Positions 55,445-58,758 of a DNA stretch of 58,758 bases are shown here, in pieces. Both the position numbers and the translations under genes were made by a program. This stretch comes from Candidatus Woesearchaeota archaeon (lineage in GTDB: Archaea > Nanobdellota > Nanobdellia > SCGC-AAA011-G17 > JACPIM01), in assembly GCA_964457785.1 (NCBI GenBank), contig CAYWEX010000005.1, positions 1 to 58,758 of the forward strand. Reading direction: 5' to 3'. Each line of letters starts with the position of its first letter. Positions within the stretch are counted from its first letter, which is position 1. Under the pieces are notes generated by a model. The model ran no database searches. It worked only from the letters and a program-made list of their open reading frames with translations, and was not told where the DNA came from.

Positions 55445-56146
55445 ATGGATGTGGCTATACTATATAGCGGTGGAAAAGACAGTACTTTAGCTATTGAATA
55501 TGCCATAGAAAAAAACTGGAATATAAAATATCTTATTTCTGTAAAGCCTAATAGAACTGACTGCTATTTATTTCATTTTGCAACTGTTGAATTAACTAAA
55601 AAAATGGCTGAGGTTTTAGGAATAAAGCATATTTATACAACTTGCACAGAAGCAGATCCTCAAAAAGAAGCTATGATTGTGAAAAAGATTGTAGAAGAAA
55701 ACCCTGTAGATTCTGTAATTTTGGGTGGAATAGGACTGCAGGAAACACAGATTAAGAGCATAAGAGATGCTTTGTTTCCATTAGGAATAGATGTATTTGC
55801 AAGCCATGCTGGTTATGATCATACAAGATTAATGACAGACATGTTAAGAAAAGGCTATGAAATTATTATTACAGAGGTAGCTGCAGAAGGTCTAGGAAAT
55901 AACTGGCTAGGGGAAAGATTAACTTTGAAAAATATTGATGAATTTGTAAAAACTGCAGAAAAGTTTGGCTTTCATCCTGGTGGAGAAGGAGGACCTTATA
56001 ACACATTAGTTGTAGATGGTCCTATTTTTTCCAAAAGATTAGAAATACTATCCTTTGATAAAGTAATGGATGGAGACTTTAGCGGATATGTTGAAGTAAA
56101 AGAAAGCAAAGTAATTAATAAAATTATTTCTTTAAAAAGCCAATAA
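55445..56146 (+). CDS. dph6: diphthine-ammonia ligase / PP-loop ATPase (MJ0570 family)
   Basis: LYSGGKDS, GEGGPYNTLVVDGPIF. Confidence 0.85.
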   Translation: MDVAILYSGGKDSTLAIEYAIEKNWNIKYLISVKPNRTDCYLFHFATVELTKKMAEVLGIKHIYTTCTEADPQKEAMIVKKIVEENPVDSVILGGIGLQETQIKSIRDALFPLGIDVFASHAGYDHTRLMTDMLRKGYEIIITEVAAEGLGNNWLGERLTLKNIDEFVKTAEKFGFHPGGEGGPYNTLVVDGPIFSKRLEILSFDKVMDGDFSGYVEVKESKVINKIISLKSQ

Positions 56147-56164
56147 GCTTTTCTTAACAAGAAA

Positions 56165-56209
56165 ATGTTACAAGTCTATGACTTTAACATAAGTTCAGCA
56201 GAGCTGAAC
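56165..56209. other. two adjacent hairpins in a convergent intergenic region
   Basis: ATGTTA-C-AAGTC-TAT-GACTT-TAACAT and GTTCAGC-AGA-GCTGAAC. Confidence 0.5.
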
Positions 56210-56329
56210 CAAACCTTGGAAAAGAAAATTTCAATAATTAACTTTTAGAAAAAAGTGTTTATGGAAAACTATTTTTTTAAGAAAATTTAATTCTAAGAAT
56301 TTTATTAAGAATAATTAAAAAAGAAAAAA

Positions 56330-56779
56330 TTAATACCCAGGAGGATATCCTGAGGATTGCACTATTGTTATTGTATTTGATCTAAATTCCTTATTAGAAT
56401 TATCATCTTTTACCAATAAGTAGTATTGTCCTTCTCTATCGCCTTGGCTGAAAAGTCTGTTTACTATGTGTTTACCTTCTCCACACTCAGACTTTTTTTG
56501 ACAAAGATTTACTTCTTTTCTGCCACCACTTGGACCAGGACCATATAAAAATGCAGTTCCTTGAACTTTTCCACTTTTAACATCAACAGTAAATGTTACT
56601 TGGCTACTAGAAGTTGACGCCATTTCAAAAAACTCTAATCTTGCTGGCGATGCAGTTACTGTTACATCAGAGCTTTCTTTTATCTGATTTCCTGTTAAAG
56701 TACTACTGAAATTAAAAGAAAGCATACCAACTAATAATATCAAGACTGCGCCTAAAACAATTTTATTATCTCTCTCCAT
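56330..56779 (-). CDS. membrane-anchored secreted protein (paralog of next gene)
   Basis: N-terminal TM..LSFN..TGNQI, beta-rich body with a Cys pair. Confidence 0.75.
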   Translation of the reverse strand: MERDNKIVLGAVLILLVGMLSFNFSSTLTGNQIKESSDVTVTASPARLEFFEMASTSSSQVTFTVDVKSGKVQGTAFLYGPGPSGGRKEVNLCQKKSECGEGKHIVNRLFSQGDREGQYYLLVKDDNSNKEFRSNTITIVQSSGYPPGY

Positions 56780-56816
56780 TTTTTATTAACACCTCGCGTT
56801 TTTTAATTAAATATTT

Positions 56817-57314
56817 TTATAGTATTTCTCTTTCTGATTTAAATTTTTCTCTTATTGTGAATGAGTCACATACAAAACCTCTTTGCAATGAGTAGTCACC
56901 TTTTTCTTTTTGATCCTGCTCTTTTTCATAATCTTCAACACAAATATTGTATATACCTGGCGGAAGACTTGTTGCCAAACTAAAATAAAATGTGACTGGG
57001 CTTTTTGCATCACCCAAACATTTGTAATGCCTGTTTGTTTTTTCAACATTATCATTGCATACTGAATTTGTAGTAGCAACTCGAGAATTATGATCATAAA
57101 GATAAGCTCTTTCATTAACTCCAAACTTACCTGTGATAACTTCTACTTTAACTCTTTGACCTGAACCTTCTTCAACAACTTTAGGAGAAATTGTTACAGA
57201 AGGCTTATCTGAGTCTCTTATAGTAGAACCTGAGATAGTATCTAAATTAAAAGACAATAAAGTTACAAATATCAATAATATGATTGCTACAAGAACTCTA
57301 TTGTTTTTATCCAT
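56817..57314 (-). CDS. membrane-anchored secreted protein (paralog of previous gene)
   Basis: N-terminal TM..LSFN..SGSTI, beta-rich body with Cys residues. Confidence 0.75.
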   Translation of the reverse strand: MDKNNRVLVAIILLIFVTLLSFNLDTISGSTIRDSDKPSVTISPKVVEEGSGQRVKVEVITGKFGVNERAYLYDHNSRVATTNSVCNDNVEKTNRHYKCLGDAKSPVTFYFSLATSLPPGIYNICVEDYEKEQDQKEKGDYSLQRGFVCDSFTIREKFKSEREIL

Positions 57315-57373
57315 TAAAACACCACCTTTTTTACTTACTAATAAGAATATTTTGGTTTATATACTTTTCTCTG

Positions 57374-57410
57374 AACTTTTTAAAAAAAGCTTCACCAAAA
57401 TTAAGGAGAA
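57374..57410. repeat. palindromic repeat module
   Basis: AACTTTTT-AAAAAAAGCTTCACCAAAA..AAGGAGAA. Confidence 0.7.
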
Positions 57411-57411
57411 A

Positions 57412-57879
57412 TTATTTCCTGCGATAGTAAAGGCCCATTAAAACTGATTCTTTTAATATATGTCCTTTCATAGCTTCTTCTACTTGTTTTTTTGATGCTC
57501 CTTGGTTTAAATTTAATTCTATATCTAATGCAAAGAGTTTGAAAAAATATCTGTGCTGCTTATCTGGGGGACAGGGACCTGAATAAGAAAGTTTAGTGTT
57601 TGTATTAATGCCTAATTTTCCTTGTGGATTTATGCCTTCTTCTATTTTTGTTATATTTGGCGGTATATTGAATACGATCCAGTGATCCCACATACCATCT
57701 GCTCTTATTGTTTTTGGAACATCCGGATCTTCCATTATCAATACCAATGATTTTGCTTCTTTTGGAACATCTGAAATTTCCAAGGGAGGAGATATATTCT
57801 TGCCATCACAAGTATATTCTTCTGGTATTTTTTTGCCATTTTCAAATCTTGGACTTGAGATTATCATAGAACATAACAT
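57412..57879 (-). CDS. YbhB/YbcL (PEBP) family protein
   Basis: CDGKNISPPL, EDPD, WDHW, YSGPCPP, HRYFFKLFALD; start may be the ATG at 57867. Confidence 0.93.
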   Translation of the reverse strand: MLCSMIISSPRFENGKKIPEEYTCDGKNISPPLEISDVPKEAKSLVLIMEDPDVPKTIRADGMWDHWIVFNIPPNITKIEEGINPQGKLGINTNTKLSYSGPCPPDKQHRYFFKLFALDIELNLNQGASKKQVEEAMKGHILKESVLMGLYYRRK

Positions 57880-57899
57880 GACTTTAGAATATATTAAAC

Positions 57900-58586
57900 T
57901 TATTTTTTTAAATAAAACTTTCTTTTTTCTTCATCAAATTTTTCAATAGCATATCTTAAAGCTGTTCTAGGCATTTCCTTTTTGTATTTATTTAAGAATT
58001 CCAATTCTAAATTTAAATCTTTTTTTCCGACTTCCCGCAACATCCAACCCAGCGCCTTATGAATTAAATCATGAGAGTCATTTAACAAGATTTTTGAGAT
58101 CTCTAATGTGTCTTGAAAATTATTATTTTTAATAAATGTATAAGTTGAAATTATAGAAATTCTTCTTTCCCACAAACTATTGGATTTTGCTAATTTATAC
58201 AAGATATCCTTGTTTTTATCAAATAAATATTTGCCCAAAATATTTGGGGCAGACAGGTCGACTAAGTCCCAATTATTTACGAATTTTATGTTTTTTAAAT
58301 AGAAATCAACTATATTTTTTTCATGATTTTTTTTGAATTTTTCAACTAGGATTAATAATGCGGTTAATCTGTGTTCATGAATATTAGACTGCAATAAATT
58401 TTCCAAATCTTCTAAAACTAAAGATAAATATTTTTTTGCTATTTTTCTTTGATCTGGGACTGTTATACCTAAAAAAGAATCTCCCTCCCCATATTGTCCT
58501 TTGCCTGTCTTAAAATATTTTGATAAAATAACAGCTTTTTCCTTATCTGCTAAATTGTTTAAATCTTGTTTTAACTGACTTAACAT
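57900..58586 (-). CDS. alkD: DNA alkylation repair glycosylase, AlkD family
   Basis: GEGDSFLGITVP, NNWDLVD, LWERR, LIHKALGWMLRE, MPRTALRYAIE. Confidence 0.9.
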   Translation of the reverse strand: MLSQLKQDLNNLADKEKAVILSKYFKTGKGQYGEGDSFLGITVPDQRKIAKKYLSLVLEDLENLLQSNIHEHRLTALLILVEKFKKNHEKNIVDFYLKNIKFVNNWDLVDLSAPNILGKYLFDKNKDILYKLAKSNSLWERRISIISTYTFIKNNNFQDTLEISKILLNDSHDLIHKALGWMLREVGKKDLNLELEFLNKYKKEMPRTALRYAIEKFDEEKRKFYLKK

Positions 58587-58641
58587 TTATCATTCAAAAA
58601 CCAATACCTTTAAAAAATTATATTTTCACTAAAAAAACTAA

Positions 58642-58757
58642 GCTCCTGTAGTCTAGCCCGGTCAAACTAAGCTTTTAAAAAAAGCTTAATCAAAAATTAG
58701 GACCAAGGACAACGGCCTTTCGCGCCGTGAACCCGAGTTCAAATCTCGGCGGGAGCA
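58642..58757 (+). tRNA. tRNA-Glu(UUC) with a 41-nt BHB intron in the D-loop (21/22)
   Basis: exons 58642-58665 and 58707-58757 give a 75-nt cloverleaf; BHB central helix GGTC/GACC, outer helix CTAA/TTAG. Confidence 0.9.
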
Positions 58758-58758
58758 T

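Noticed and set aside
226-57124. Many short ORF-track entries antisense to or nested in long genes (e.g. 226-414, 1232-1456, 14856-15179, 22452-22742, 29427-29810, 35940-36386, 48177-48395)
   Set aside because: Fully overlapped by well-supported genes, with no motifs; expected in AT-rich DNA.
1-58758. Alternative genetic code or stop-codon readthrough
   Set aside because: Conserved genes translate full-length with the standard code; the only interruption is explained by a frameshift.

Overview
AT-rich archaeal chromosome segment, most consistent with a DPANN lineage (Woesearchaeota/Pacearchaeota-like). Support: dph5, dph6, a group II chaperonin, Elp3, an archaeal ThrRS editing domain, BHB-intron tRNAs and Cys/Gly-rich surface proteins. 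Housekeeping genes (thrS, leuS, maf, ubiquitin-like carrier-thiI-ncsA, thermosome, elp3, sppA, bcp, alkD) are mixed with toxin-antitoxin pairs, orphans and two very large adhesin-like genes. Main signal: two ~90%-identical compact TnpB genes, each inside a transposase-less ~1.3 kb element with IS903-like terminal inverted repeats and a 9-bp target-site duplication. That is a DDE cut-and-paste architecture, not IS200/605. Both carry the rearranged (Fanzor2/TnpB2-like) RuvC site and a conserved 3' omega-RNA-like scaffold, and a solo element end lies at 51.4 kb. Also found: a double-intron tRNA-Ile(UAU); a tRNA-Glu whose D-loop intron contains a dispersed REP-like repeat; a duplicated tail-to-tail RelE-like/orphan gene pair; chimeric ThrRS and LeuRS; and an unannotated protamine-like peptide. 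All family assignments are by-eye motif recognition; no searches were run.
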